The notes under the pieces are model-generated. The model worked only from the letters and a program-made list of their open reading frames with translations, was not told the DNA's origin and made no database searches. From IMG/VR virus record IMGVR_UViG_3300005201_000018: 20,000 bases of DNA; one strand, 5' to 3'. Positions 1 to 7,651 of the stretch are shown here, in pieces. A program made the translations under genes and the position numbers. This stretch comes from an uncultured virus (IMG/VR IMGVR_UViG_3300005201_000018) (Duplodnaviria; Heunggongvirae; Uroviricota; Caudoviricetes). Each line of letters begins with the position of its first letter. The first letter of the stretch is position 1.

Positions 1-72
1 CCGGTTGAGTACCCAGAAGACCCGGAAGCCCTGTACACGGAGTTTGAGGCGCAGTTCTCGCCTATAGTATAG
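1..72 (+). CDS. 3' end of a plus-strand gene truncated by the window edge (...PVEYPEDPEALYTEFEAQFSPIV*)
   Basis: Frame 1 is open to TAG at 70-72 and is followed immediately by a terminator-like hairpin. Confidence 0.55.
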   Translation, partial: PVEYPEDPEALYTEFEAQFSPIV

Positions 73-75
73 AAG

Positions 76-119
76 AAAACAGGCCGTATTTATGACAAAT
101 ACGGCCTGTCGGCCTTTTT
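76..119. terminator. Bidirectional intrinsic terminator between convergent transcription units
   Basis: Perfect 13-bp inverted repeat ACAGGCCGTATTT (79-91) / AAATACGGCCTGT (97-109). An A-tract lies to the left and a T-tract at 115-119. It sits between two convergent stop codons. Confidence 0.8.
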
Positions 120-351
120 ACCGTCGATTTCCAAGGGTAACGCCAAGCGTAATCACTGCCAAGGCCACTATTCCGACCAAGGCAGCAATTAGCTTCAGCG
201 GCAGGATAAGCTCAAAAATGGTGACAACTGTCACCACCAGGGCCATAAGCACCAGTGTTGCCACCAGTGTAACAGTCAATACGACAGCTGCTGTAATAAG
301 CCGGTACAGAATACCCACTAAAACCACACCAACGACTTCCTTTACTTTCAT
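118..351 (-). CDS. Small hydrophobic membrane protein (2 predicted TM segments, basic termini)
   Basis: 77 aa, dominated by V/L/I/A/T. Its start overlaps the stop of the upstream ORF (ATGA). Confidence 0.75.
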   Translation of the reverse strand: MKVKEVVGVVLVGILYRLITAAVVLTVTLVATLVLMALVVTVVTIFELILPLKLIAALVGIVALAVITLGVTLGNRR

Positions 352-515
352 TCTTTTACCCCTGTGTCACTGTTATGCGTCAAGTTCTCCTGCCCAACGT
401 CGGCAGTGTTTTTATCAAAGCCGCTCTCGTCATCCACAATTCTCGGGAGCTCCTTCACCCGCCCCCAGTCCCATTTCGATTGTGGCGTCCGTTCAGACAC
501 CCATGGATCATGCAT
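348..515 (-). CDS. Small hypothetical protein, 55 aa (MHDPWVSERTPQSKWDWGRVKELPRIVDDES...GVKE), not in the ORF track
   Basis: Translated by hand. AGGAG RBS upstream, 8-nt overlap with the preceding gene, ATGA coupling to the next gene. Confidence 0.65.
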   Translation of the reverse strand: MHDPWVSERTPQSKWDWGRVKELPRIVDDESGFDKNTADVGQENLTHNSDTGVKE

Positions 516-1623
516 CTTTGCTCTCCTTACTTCTTTTCTTTTTTCTGTCTGTTAACAACAGCACTATAGACAATGCAAACGGCGCGAGTATGTCGTACAG
601 GCACGCTGGCGCTGCGTATACAAAAAAGCGCGCAACATCCTCCGGTATTTTTAATAGACGTGCCAATAATGTGTAGACCGTCTCTTGCGATTTAACAGCT
701 TGCTTGACCAGTTCCGGTCTTGATGACTCAAGATCAACTCTACGCCTCCGTAAATCGCTCTGTTCACTCTGAACGGCGACAATCTGTTCCTGGAACTCAT
801 CGTATCGTCGCCATGACTGACTTCGCCAGTACTGTGATTCAACCGTAAGCTGTTCTAATCGCCTTTCCGTAGCATTGAGCGCCTCCTGATTTTCGAGCAG
901 CAGTTTCTCATGAGCCACCAGAGCTTCATTGTCTTCAACTGCGACAGATACTTTCTCATCGGCAATCCGCTTAAACTGGTTATAATTAACCGTCAATGTT
1001 GAAAAAACCGAATATGCTATGATCGCAAATCCGGCAACAACAAATAATACACCAAAAAACTTTTGTGCGCCTTTTTCCTGAAGAAAGTATCTTGCTGCTG
1101 TAAATGCTGTTCCTGAAAACAGTATAAACATAACACCTGTCATAATACCGGTCCACGCCGGCTTGCCGCCCTCGATGAGAAAGATTGACGTATGATATGC
1201 CGACATAATTGCGCTCCCTACACCCACCACAGCCATCACAACAGCGACAAGAAAAACAGAAGAAAAGAAACCTGGCATTTTACCCTGTTTCTCTTTCGGC
1301 GGCTGTTCAGCAGTTATAGCTTCAGCCTCCTTCATTCTTCGGCGCTCGGTGCGAGCATGTGCTACAAGATCGGCAGTGCCTTTTTTACGGCGCAGTATGC
1401 CCGTCGTACATCCATAAGCAAAATCGAAATTGCAGTGTAGCGGATCTTGTGCGAGCTCCGTGAGCTTCTCTGTAAGGCCGCCGTTCTCGAGCTTATCAAA
1501 CTCTTCGCGGGAGACAATGACACCCGTCTCAAACAAGACGTGCTTTGTCCCTCGTATAAACCGTAAGCCTGTGCCTGTGTGAGTATGCACTGTCGGTTTC
1601 TTTACCGTTACGTCGTCAGCCAT
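508..1623 (-). CDS. Membrane protein with 3 TM segments, a long coiled coil and a C-terminal TM segment (DUF4407-like architecture)
   Basis: 371-aa ORF. Hydrophobic segments FLVAVVMAVVGVGSAI, IMTGVMFILFSGTAF and FFGVLFVVAGFAIIAY, then a heptad-rich E/Q/R region, then LAPFALSIVLLL and a basic tail. Confidence 0.75.
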   Translation of the reverse strand: MADDVTVKKPTVHTHTGTGLRFIRGTKHVLFETGVIVSREEFDKLENGGLTEKLTELAQDPLHCNFDFAYGCTTGILRRKKGTADLVAHARTERRRMKEAEAITAEQPPKEKQGKMPGFFSSVFLVAVVMAVVGVGSAIMSAYHTSIFLIEGGKPAWTGIMTGVMFILFSGTAFTAARYFLQEKGAQKFFGVLFVVAGFAIIAYSVFSTLTVNYNQFKRIADEKVSVAVEDNEALVAHEKLLLENQEALNATERRLEQLTVESQYWRSQSWRRYDEFQEQIVAVQSEQSDLRRRRVDLESSRPELVKQAVKSQETVYTLLARLLKIPEDVARFFVYAAPACLYDILAPFALSIVLLLTDRKKKRSKESKDA

Positions 1624-1916
1624 TTTTCAAACCTCTCTTGGTACCGTGCCCCCTGCTTTGTTTCTTCAGGCTTTGAGTACACCCATATATCAGCCTCGGC
1701 ATCTAAAACCTCCTGTATGTCATTCTTCCACTGTTCACAAAGCCGGTGCGTAGGGGCTATTATAATGACAGGTAGCTTTTTCTCCAGAGCAATGAGGATC
1801 GCGGCCAGTGTTTTTCCGCAACCGCAGTCTACGACAAGTGAAATAATTTTCCGTGCCGCGCCGATAGCAGCGGCCTGTAGCTGCCATTTATATGGAGTAA
1901 GCGTAGTAAACCTCAT
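1608..1916 (-). CDS. Stand-alone N-terminal part of an SF2/SNF2-type helicase (Q motif, Walker A, motif Ia)
   Basis: PYKWQ (Q motif), DCGCGKT (motif I), VIIIAPTHRLCEQW (motif Ia). Has its own GGAGG RBS and ends before motif Ib/II. Confidence 0.85.
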   Translation of the reverse strand: MRFTTLTPYKWQLQAAAIGAARKIISLVVDCGCGKTLAAILIALEKKLPVIIIAPTHRLCEQWKNDIQEVLDAEADIWVYSKPEETKQGARYQERFEKWLTT

Positions 1917-2086
1917 AACTCAACCTCCAATTTAATTTCACAAGCAGAAAGTTTTATGTCTACAAACTCAAACCTGTCTTCTACTTTCAATACGAACTTA
2001 TCGCTATAGTTACACTTTGAAATACTTATAACGCAGTAGTACGTGCGGTAAAGTTCGCCATTGCCATTGTATGTTCTCACCGTCAT
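1913..2086 (-). CDS. Small hypothetical protein, 57 aa (MTVRTYNGNGELYRTYYCV...KLEVEL), not in the ORF track
   Basis: Translated by hand. GAGGGGG RBS; its TGA overlaps the ATG of the helicase N-terminal gene. Confidence 0.7.
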   Translation of the reverse strand: MTVRTYNGNGELYRTYYCVISISKCNYSDKFVLKVEDRFEFVDIKLSACEIKLEVEL

Positions 2087-2101
2087 GCTAGTCCCCCTCT
2101 G

Positions 2102-2383
2102 TTAAAATCCTTCAAATGCCGCCTTGGCTAGATCTGGTATCTGCTGTGTCCTCTCCGCAGTATCAGCCTTCACTCCCTTTAACTCCGCGATAACTTCGGG
2201 TCTGTTGCAGGAAGGGCATAGCTCCTCCCATTCGCCGTCTTTGTCTTTCACACTTGCCCACCCGTTGTCTCTGTCGGTTTTATAATCAACTGCGTCGCGA
2301 AATGTTTCAAAAATCTCGTCACAGTCTTCTCCGCAATAGTCACAGGTAAGCCTAAAGTCATCCACGCCGTGTTTCTCAATCAT
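2102..2383 (-). CDS. Small zinc-binding phage protein
   Basis: CDYC...GW...CPSC cysteine pairs. ATGA-coupled to lar. Confidence 0.75.
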   Translation of the reverse strand: MIEKHGVDDFRLTCDYCGEDCDEIFETFRDAVDYKTDRDNGWASVKDKDGEWEELCPSCNRPEVIAELKGVKADTAERTQQIPDLAKAAFEGF

Positions 2384-2574
2384 TCCGACCTCCTATTCCA
2401 CTCCCTGATAGCTTCGACATCGGTTTCCGCAAAAGGCCCCTGTGCACCACATGAACACATGACAAAACGCCAACGCTCAAGGATAGTTCCATGCTTATGT
2501 TCGCTACCAAATGCAAACTCCTCTTCGTGCTTATTACCACAAAACGGACATTTTTCTTTGTCAGTACTAAACAT
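2380..2574 (-). CDS. lar: Lar-family restriction alleviation protein
   Basis: Signature KCPFCG...VMCSCGAQGP...EAIREWNRR; GGAGG RBS. Confidence 0.8.
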   Translation of the reverse strand: MFSTDKEKCPFCGNKHEEEFAFGSEHKHGTILERWRFVMCSCGAQGPFAETDVEAIREWNRRSE

Positions 2575-2582
2575 ACCACCTC

Positions 2583-3959
2583 CTAATCAAACTTGAAAAT
2601 CTCTTCCCTGTTTTCAGCACCAATTAACTCTTGCCCAACTCGTATTGCTTCCCATTGCCGCTCCTCAATAGACCCTGCCGCATAAATCGCATACGCAAAC
2701 TTTGGAGCGCGAAGCTGTCCCCGCAGTACGCGAGACATAGCCTGATGATATTTTTCAACTGAACCGTCGATACAGGTCCAGATGACGTAGGAACAGTCAG
2801 ATAAGCAGTTAAGGCCGTACGCACCAGACGCTTGGTTCGCAAGAAAGACTTGCGCCTCACGGTTCTTAAACCTTTTTTCCGCTTCCTCTTTTTTATTATC
2901 TTTCGCACTACCGTCGTATACCACATAGGAGATGCCTGCACCTGTAAAGGCGTCTGCGCACGCACGTAAGAACAGTTTGCGAGAACTCCAAACAACGACT
3001 TGATTTTTTCCCACATCAATTTCCTCCAATAGTTCCATGAGTTCATCTACTTTCGCGTTTTCCTTAAACGGACGATGCGCAACCTGCCGATCTGGTTTGT
3101 TATCCTTATCAGCCCAATCCTTCTTATCATAGTCAGAATCAATATTTACAGGTTCAAACCCGTTGCAAATGTCCTGTAAGCGCATCTGGAGTTCCAATGC
3201 CGCAGCTTTTCCAAGCACCAGGTTATCCGTAAAGCCAACCTTAATAAGTTCATTGCCTATCCTTTTTGCCTCTTTCGACAGCTCTACAGGGCGCATAATA
3301 GGCTCTTTCACAAATTTGTCGTGCTTAATGTCAAAAATGTCTTCCCGCTTGACAAATATAGTGTCCGGTGCGATACGACGCAACAGCTCGTTCTTGTTCA
3401 AGAAAGGAGTGTATTTCCGATGCCGTATAATATGCTCTTGTTTCGCGTAGTCTATAGTGTATTGTTTAAAAAGGCTTGACTTTGCTGCTTCAAGCTGCGT
3501 TTCACCGCCTCGATTATACGCATTAACAAGTCTGCTCCGTATATTTTCATAGTCCTTTTGACCAATACACACTCGCCTACCGCGACCAACACGAATAGTC
3601 TCTCTTACGCTGTACTTTTCGGCAAACTCCCACATACTTTCAGGGAAGTAACCTTCTTGAAGGAACTCGTATTGGTCATACACATTCACCGGTGATTTTG
3701 ACATGAGTGTTCCTGTCATAATGCAGCGGTCGCCGTACTTATTAAGTTGTTTTATGAGCCGGGTTCTACTTGATTTCTTCTCTTCCTTCATCGGGTCGTT
3801 GACCTTGATCTTTGATGATTCATCAAGCACGATGAACGGACGCGTAAAAACAGAAAGAAACTTCCGTACAACCCATGGGAGGTCGTTGAAGGATACCGTT
3901 TTTTGCTGCTTTACGCCTCTAGGAGAGAAAGCTTCGGTGTTAATTATTAAGAACTTCAT
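2583..3959 (-). CDS. SNF2-type helicase lacking the N-terminal Walker A segment (motifs Ib-VI only)
   Basis: Starts at MKFLIINTEAFS (Ib region). Contains IVLDESSKIK (II), IMTGTLMSKSP (III), VVVWS (IV), LANQASGAYGLN (V) and QAMSRVLR (VI). No GxGKT. Confidence 0.88.
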   Translation of the reverse strand: MKFLIINTEAFSPRGVKQQKTVSFNDLPWVVRKFLSVFTRPFIVLDESSKIKVNDPMKEEKKSSRTRLIKQLNKYGDRCIMTGTLMSKSPVNVYDQYEFLQEGYFPESMWEFAEKYSVRETIRVGRGRRVCIGQKDYENIRSRLVNAYNRGGETQLEAAKSSLFKQYTIDYAKQEHIIRHRKYTPFLNKNELLRRIAPDTIFVKREDIFDIKHDKFVKEPIMRPVELSKEAKRIGNELIKVGFTDNLVLGKAAALELQMRLQDICNGFEPVNIDSDYDKKDWADKDNKPDRQVAHRPFKENAKVDELMELLEEIDVGKNQVVVWSSRKLFLRACADAFTGAGISYVVYDGSAKDNKKEEAEKRFKNREAQVFLANQASGAYGLNCLSDCSYVIWTCIDGSVEKYHQAMSRVLRGQLRAPKFAYAIYAAGSIEERQWEAIRVGQELIGAENREEIFKFD

Positions 3960-4252
3960 TGTTTCTTCCCTCCTTTCCCCGATTTCTTCTCGATCTTCTC
4001 AAAGCCCATTGTCGTAACGGCAAACTCTGCTATCTCGGAAGCCGTTATAATAATTTCTCCTGCCATGTCATAGGTGTGCTGCGTCTTTCGCAGCTGTATA
4101 GACTCATAAAGATTGAACAACTTATCCTCCAACCACGAGTACAGCTGGTCAAAGTCGTGCGGGTAATTACCAATCCGAGGACGACAAGACAACCGGCCTC
4201 GCGCCGACTTCATGCCTGCGTTCAGGATCTGACTGCCTCGCTTCTTGTCCAC
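3956..4252 (-). CDS. Hypothetical protein
   Basis: 98-aa ORF, GTG start with GGAGG RBS, ATGA-coupled to the large helicase gene. Confidence 0.7.
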   Translation of the reverse strand: MDKKRGSQILNAGMKSARGRLSCRPRIGNYPHDFDQLYSWLEDKLFNLYESIQLRKTQHTYDMAGEIIITASEIAEFAVTTMGFEKIEKKSGKGGKKQ

Positions 4253-4278
4253 GTTAGTTTCCCCTCCACATTAGTCCG

Positions 4279-4530
4279 CTAAACAGCAGGCTCTTTCCAG
4301 TCTTTGCCAAGTTCTTTATGAACAGTTTTATGACAGGAATCGCACAACCACGATACATCAAGCGGCCTTGCGTAATCGTTATGGTGTGCCTGTAACTTAC
4401 TTGAAGGAATAGATGTCCTGCATCTCTGGCAGTAGGCGGGTTTTACTAATTTGCCGCGCTGGACGGCTTTTTGTACAAGCCATTTAGCCCTTGCCTGCTC
4501 TGGCCACAAGACGTTGTAGTTACGACTCAC
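4279..4530 (-). CDS. HNH-like zinc-finger protein (putative endonuclease)
   Basis: RGKLVKPAYCQRC...QAHHNDYARPLDVSWLCDSCHKTVH matches a common phage HNH-related pattern. Likely GTG start at 4530 (GTGA overlap). Confidence 0.75.
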   Translation of the reverse strand: MSRNYNVLWPEQARAKWLVQKAVQRGKLVKPAYCQRCRTSIPSSKLQAHHNDYARPLDVSWLCDSCHKTVHKELGKDWKEPAV

Positions 4531-4688
4531 TTTTCCACCACCACAGCTAATAGTTTTACCGCACAAAACTTCTCACAAGGTTTCTCGGTACCGCCCAGCT
4601 TCTTACACGCCCTACAAGGCATGCCTATCTCAAGGCTAAGTTGTTGCGGAAGAACACCAATCCGTTCAGCTAATTGTTTCAATGTCAT
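4527..4688 (-). CDS. Small Cys-containing hypothetical protein
   Basis: MTLKQLAERIGV...CRAC...CEKFC; GGAGG RBS before the start at 4688. Confidence 0.6.
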   Translation of the reverse strand: MTLKQLAERIGVLPQQLSLEIGMPCRACKKLGGTEKPCEKFCAVKLLAVVVEK

Positions 4689-5061
4689 CAATATCCTCCG
4701 GTATTGCAAATTTCAAGTCTTTACGTTCCAAGACCTCTAAAGGACTTATATGTACAACACGCTTGCGTGGTACATCCCATGCAAGTATCTCTATAAGAAG
4801 TTCTTTGTTACGCTTATAGAACAATGGCTGCGTTGGCTGGAACTCAATTACACCTTTCTTATCAGACATTTTGAACTCGGAAAAATAGGCTGGCAGTATA
4901 CCTGACATGGCTAAAACATCCGGCATACCAGGCTCTTTTTCCTCATTCTCGATCTCAAAATGCTTAAATACAGAAGTTTTCTTCCATGCCTTCAACACTG
5001 CCGCTTTGAAGGCAGCCTCATCCTTGAAAGGACCAGTCACCAACCCCTTAATAACTTTCAT
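4666..5061 (-). CDS. VRR-NUC / Holliday-junction-resolvase-like PD-(D/E)xK nuclease
   Basis: E...PGMPDVL...FSEFK...FQPTQ pattern. Start at 5061 follows a GGAGG RBS. Confidence 0.75.
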   Translation of the reverse strand: MKVIKGLVTGPFKDEAAFKAAVLKAWKKTSVFKHFEIENEEKEPGMPDVLAMSGILPAYFSEFKMSDKKGVIEFQPTQPLFYKRNKELLIEILAWDVPRKRVVHISPLEVLERKDLKFAIPEDIDDIETIS

Positions 5062-6007
5062 ACATACCTCCGTAGTATCCATCTTTTGTGGTAGGGAACA
5101 CAGTCTTCTGCCATTTATCCCGGTTGCCAACAAAATCCTTGGCTTCTTTAAGCACCTTCTTCTCCTCTTCCATTCTTTTTCTCTGTTTGTTCATTTCTTT
5201 TTTGTCAACGTAGTATTCAATGGTGTTTGCGATAAGCCCGTCAAGCTGTGTTGGTTCAATAGCGTCTAACTCCCAAGATGTTTCCCCGTACTTCTGCATA
5301 TATTTTGTAAAGCGCGAGTCCGTTATTTTTGCGGGGTTAGGCGGCGGATTATACGTCTTTATCTGGTCCATGTTGAGCGCGACACGGTTGATAGTCAGAT
5401 TTATATTATCAGAAAACAGCTCTAGACGTTCTTGTATATCCCGTGTCATGTCTATACCAGACGGATCATGATCACCCAAATGAATAATAGTGCACGGCCT
5501 TTCACCGCCAAAAGAAGCAGACGAGAGCCGTTGTGCAGCTGCCCACATTTCTGACTGCGATGTATAACCACGGCACGAGAAGCAGGGTACATCAAAACGT
5601 TGTGCAACCTGCTCTACAATGCCGATGAGCGCGTCTTTCTCCACCCACACTTCTATATACTGCGGCTGTGTGTCCCACAGGTCAATACGATAGCTGTTTA
5701 CGGCGCTGCTTATAATATCAGCAGGGTTATCCCAGTGGCTCAAGCGCCGTATGTACCGCGTTCTGTCCTCAATTGCGTGCCAGTCGATAAGCCCTGCAAG
5801 CCTGCCATGAGACATATAGTCGCCGACCATTTTGTAGGAACGCTCATTGTTGGGGATTATGCCACGAGCGACGAGCTGGTAATAAACTTGGCGTAGTGTA
5901 AGGCTATACCCGGCAGCGTCGTACTCCGCAATAATGCTGTTCATTTTATTTATCAGCACAAGGCCAGCCCCACGGATTTTAATATCTTGATACTTAATAC
6001 ATGGCAT
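5048..6007 (-). CDS. Spo11/topoisomerase VI subunit A-like protein (winged helix + Toprim)
   Basis: TLRQVYYQL (catalytic Tyr motif), EVWVEKDAL (Toprim Glu), CRGY, HLGDHDPSG (DxD), WELDA. Confidence 0.8.
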   Translation of the reverse strand: MPCIKYQDIKIRGAGLVLINKMNSIIAEYDAAGYSLTLRQVYYQLVARGIIPNNERSYKMVGDYMSHGRLAGLIDWHAIEDRTRYIRRLSHWDNPADIISSAVNSYRIDLWDTQPQYIEVWVEKDALIGIVEQVAQRFDVPCFSCRGYTSQSEMWAAAQRLSSASFGGERPCTIIHLGDHDPSGIDMTRDIQERLELFSDNINLTINRVALNMDQIKTYNPPPNPAKITDSRFTKYMQKYGETSWELDAIEPTQLDGLIANTIEYYVDKKEMNKQRKRMEEEKKVLKEAKDFVGNRDKWQKTVFPTTKDGYYGGMYESY

Positions 6008-6022
6008 CGTTGTTTTCCCTCC

Positions 6023-6319
6023 TCAATCAATTAGTTCTGAAAAATCTGTCCAGCCCTTCGACACACACAACAGCGTAAGGTAGCCAAGAATATCCGCTAT
6101 GTCGTTCTTCCTTAGTTCAGTCGCGTTCATAATCCTACTGCACTTGTCATCAAGGCGAATAAGGATACCCTCCTCTGCTGGAAGCCTTGAAAATATTCTG
6201 TGTGGGTTAACCGCAGAATCACCATACCGCCTATTCTTTTCAAGAAGAAGATCTGCAAGTGACTTACACACTTGTTTAATATTTTCTTGAGTATTACTTA
6301 AAACTTTGCTGTCGGTCAT
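6023..6319 (-). CDS. DUF1599 / nucleotide-modification-associated domain 1 protein (MazG-like all-helical fold)
   Basis: LLEKNRRYGDS...IRLDDKCSRI...DIADILGY signature. Confidence 0.75.
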   Translation of the reverse strand: MTDSKVLSNTQENIKQVCKSLADLLLEKNRRYGDSAVNPHRIFSRLPAEEGILIRLDDKCSRIMNATELRKNDIADILGYLTLLCVSKGWTDFSELID

Positions 6320-6993
6320 TCCGTGTCCCCCATATCAAAAACGAGCGGGCATGCTTTCCTGCACTCCTCATACAACGGTATCATCAACGCACGCATGTCA
6401 GGATGTGCGGCTTTGCTTATCGCACGCAGCTTAAATATGTGCCGCCATTCACGAAAGTTTGCTTTAACGACGATTTCTGTTTTAAGGCAGTTTGGTAATA
6501 CTGCCCTTGCCTGTTGTGGCACACAGCCATTGCCAAGTAGTCCAAAGTAATCCCTTTCAGCACTTTCCATCATCCTTTTCCACGAGATGAACTGTAAATT
6601 AAACTCATCGGGATGATCATCGGAAGAGAAACTCGGACGAATAAAACTACACTCATTACCAAATTTGTCCGCACTGTAGTTACAGTACCTTGTTGATTCC
6701 TGCACAAAAGAGCAAAGCCTGTGTCGGACAAGCTCGTGTGATATTCCTCTATCCGTCACAAAGCGCACAACCATGTTTCCAAACTCAAGTACTGCTTCAT
6801 GGCCACGTTTAATGATCATTTCAATAAACGCTTTGTAGGAATTATCGGTTATTCTGTCCTCGGACTTGTACGCTGTCCGTCCTGCCAGCTCTATGAGACG
6901 GCACTCATGTTCCCAGGGAGAGTTGTCGTGAAGAATGTCTATCCGCGTCGGGTATAAAATCTCGTGTACCTGTTCAACAATTTTCATTCTCAT
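6316..6993 (-). CDS. thyX: FAD-dependent thymidylate synthase ThyX
   Basis: ELVRHRLCSFVQESTRY ThyX motif, plus GHEAVLEF, QQARAVLP, NFREWRHIFKLR and AHPDMR. Confidence 0.95.
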   Translation of the reverse strand: MRMKIVEQVHEILYPTRIDILHDNSPWEHECRLIELAGRTAYKSEDRITDNSYKAFIEMIIKRGHEAVLEFGNMVVRFVTDRGISHELVRHRLCSFVQESTRYCNYSADKFGNECSFIRPSFSSDDHPDEFNLQFISWKRMMESAERDYFGLLGNGCVPQQARAVLPNCLKTEIVVKANFREWRHIFKLRAISKAAHPDMRALMIPLYEECRKACPLVFDMGDTE

Positions 6994-7420
6994 CCTCCTT
7001 TGCTCCTACCAGTGCGGTATGCCCTATAGGAGTCAAACCGCCAAAGATACGCTGCAATTTTTTCTCCACCTGCTTCCAGTCAACAAACGGCCTATCAGAT
7101 AATCTGATGTCATACTTTAACGGACAGCCAAGAGCAGCGTCGTCAATATATATTTGAGCGTATGCCTTAGGCGATGTTGACCAGTCCTGTTTAGGATTTC
7201 TGTTAATACCATAAAGCGGTATGTCGTGGTCTTCAAACCAGTACAACGCAGCAACGAGATCAAATTTATACGCGTCATTATTGCTCCGCGTTGTCCATAA
7301 GATAATCTTGTGTCCCGCGTCAGTTAACCTCTTCAGCACCGGAGCAGCGCCAATCTCTTTCCCAACATCCGGGTAGTCGTGTGTAACGCACGTCCCGTCG
7401 AAATCAACCGCAATTATCAT
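6974..7420 (-). CDS. HAD-superfamily hydrolase/phosphatase (BT0820-like)
   Basis: MIIAVDFDGT (motif I), ILWTTR, SPKAYAQIYIDD. True start is probably 7420, after a GGAGG RBS. Confidence 0.88.
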   Translation of the reverse strand: MIIAVDFDGTCVTHDYPDVGKEIGAAPVLKRLTDAGHKIILWTTRSNNDAYKFDLVAALYWFEDHDIPLYGINRNPKQDWSTSPKAYAQIYIDDAALGCPLKYDIRLSDRPFVDWKQVEKKLQRIFGGLTPIGHTALVGAKEDENENC

Positions 7421-7511
7421 TTCTACACACCTCCGTGAACACTTTTTCAATGAGTTCCGTAATCTTTTTAACCTCTTCATCGTTAAAGTCAATTGATACT
7501 GTCACTGTCAT
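7404..7511 (-). CDS. 35-aa hypothetical protein (MTVTVSIDFNDEEVKKITELIEKVFTEVCRNDNCG)
   Basis: Translated by hand. GGAGG RBS and ATGA coupling; fills the gap in the operon. Confidence 0.55.
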   Translation of the reverse strand: MTVTVSIDFNDEEVKKITELIEKVFTEVCRNDNCG

Positions 7512-7651
7512 TTTATGTCCTCCCGCTTGATAATTTTTGTTTCCTTACACGCCACACACTTGAAAGTCCTAACGATGCTTCCTGTAGAAACAAGCTGCAT
7601 TGGTTTCTTGCATTTAGGACAATTTTGTTTTTTAGTTTCTTTTTTGTTCAT
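7508..7651 (-). CDS. 47-aa zinc-ribbon protein (MNKKETKKQNCPKCKKPM...FKCVACKETK...)
   Basis: Translated by hand. CPKC and CVAC pairs; ATG overlaps the polymerase stop codon. Confidence 0.7.
   Translation of the reverse strand: MNKKETKKQNCPKCKKPMQLVSTGSIVRTFKCVACKETKIIKREDIK

Noticed and set aside
92..676. 194-aa plus-strand ORF and other long plus-strand ORFs (e.g. 7493-8011, 16217-16936)
   Set aside because: They are antisense shadows of well-supported minus-strand genes, with no RBS or recognisable motifs.
2376..2579. Alternative 67-aa ORF overlapping lar
   Set aside because: The other frame has the clear Lar signature and RBS spacing.
1608..3959. Split intein or intron joining the helicase halves
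   Set aside because: No intein N- or C-terminal signatures or extra domains are present at the fragment ends, the intervening DNA holds ordinary genes, and the order is permuted.
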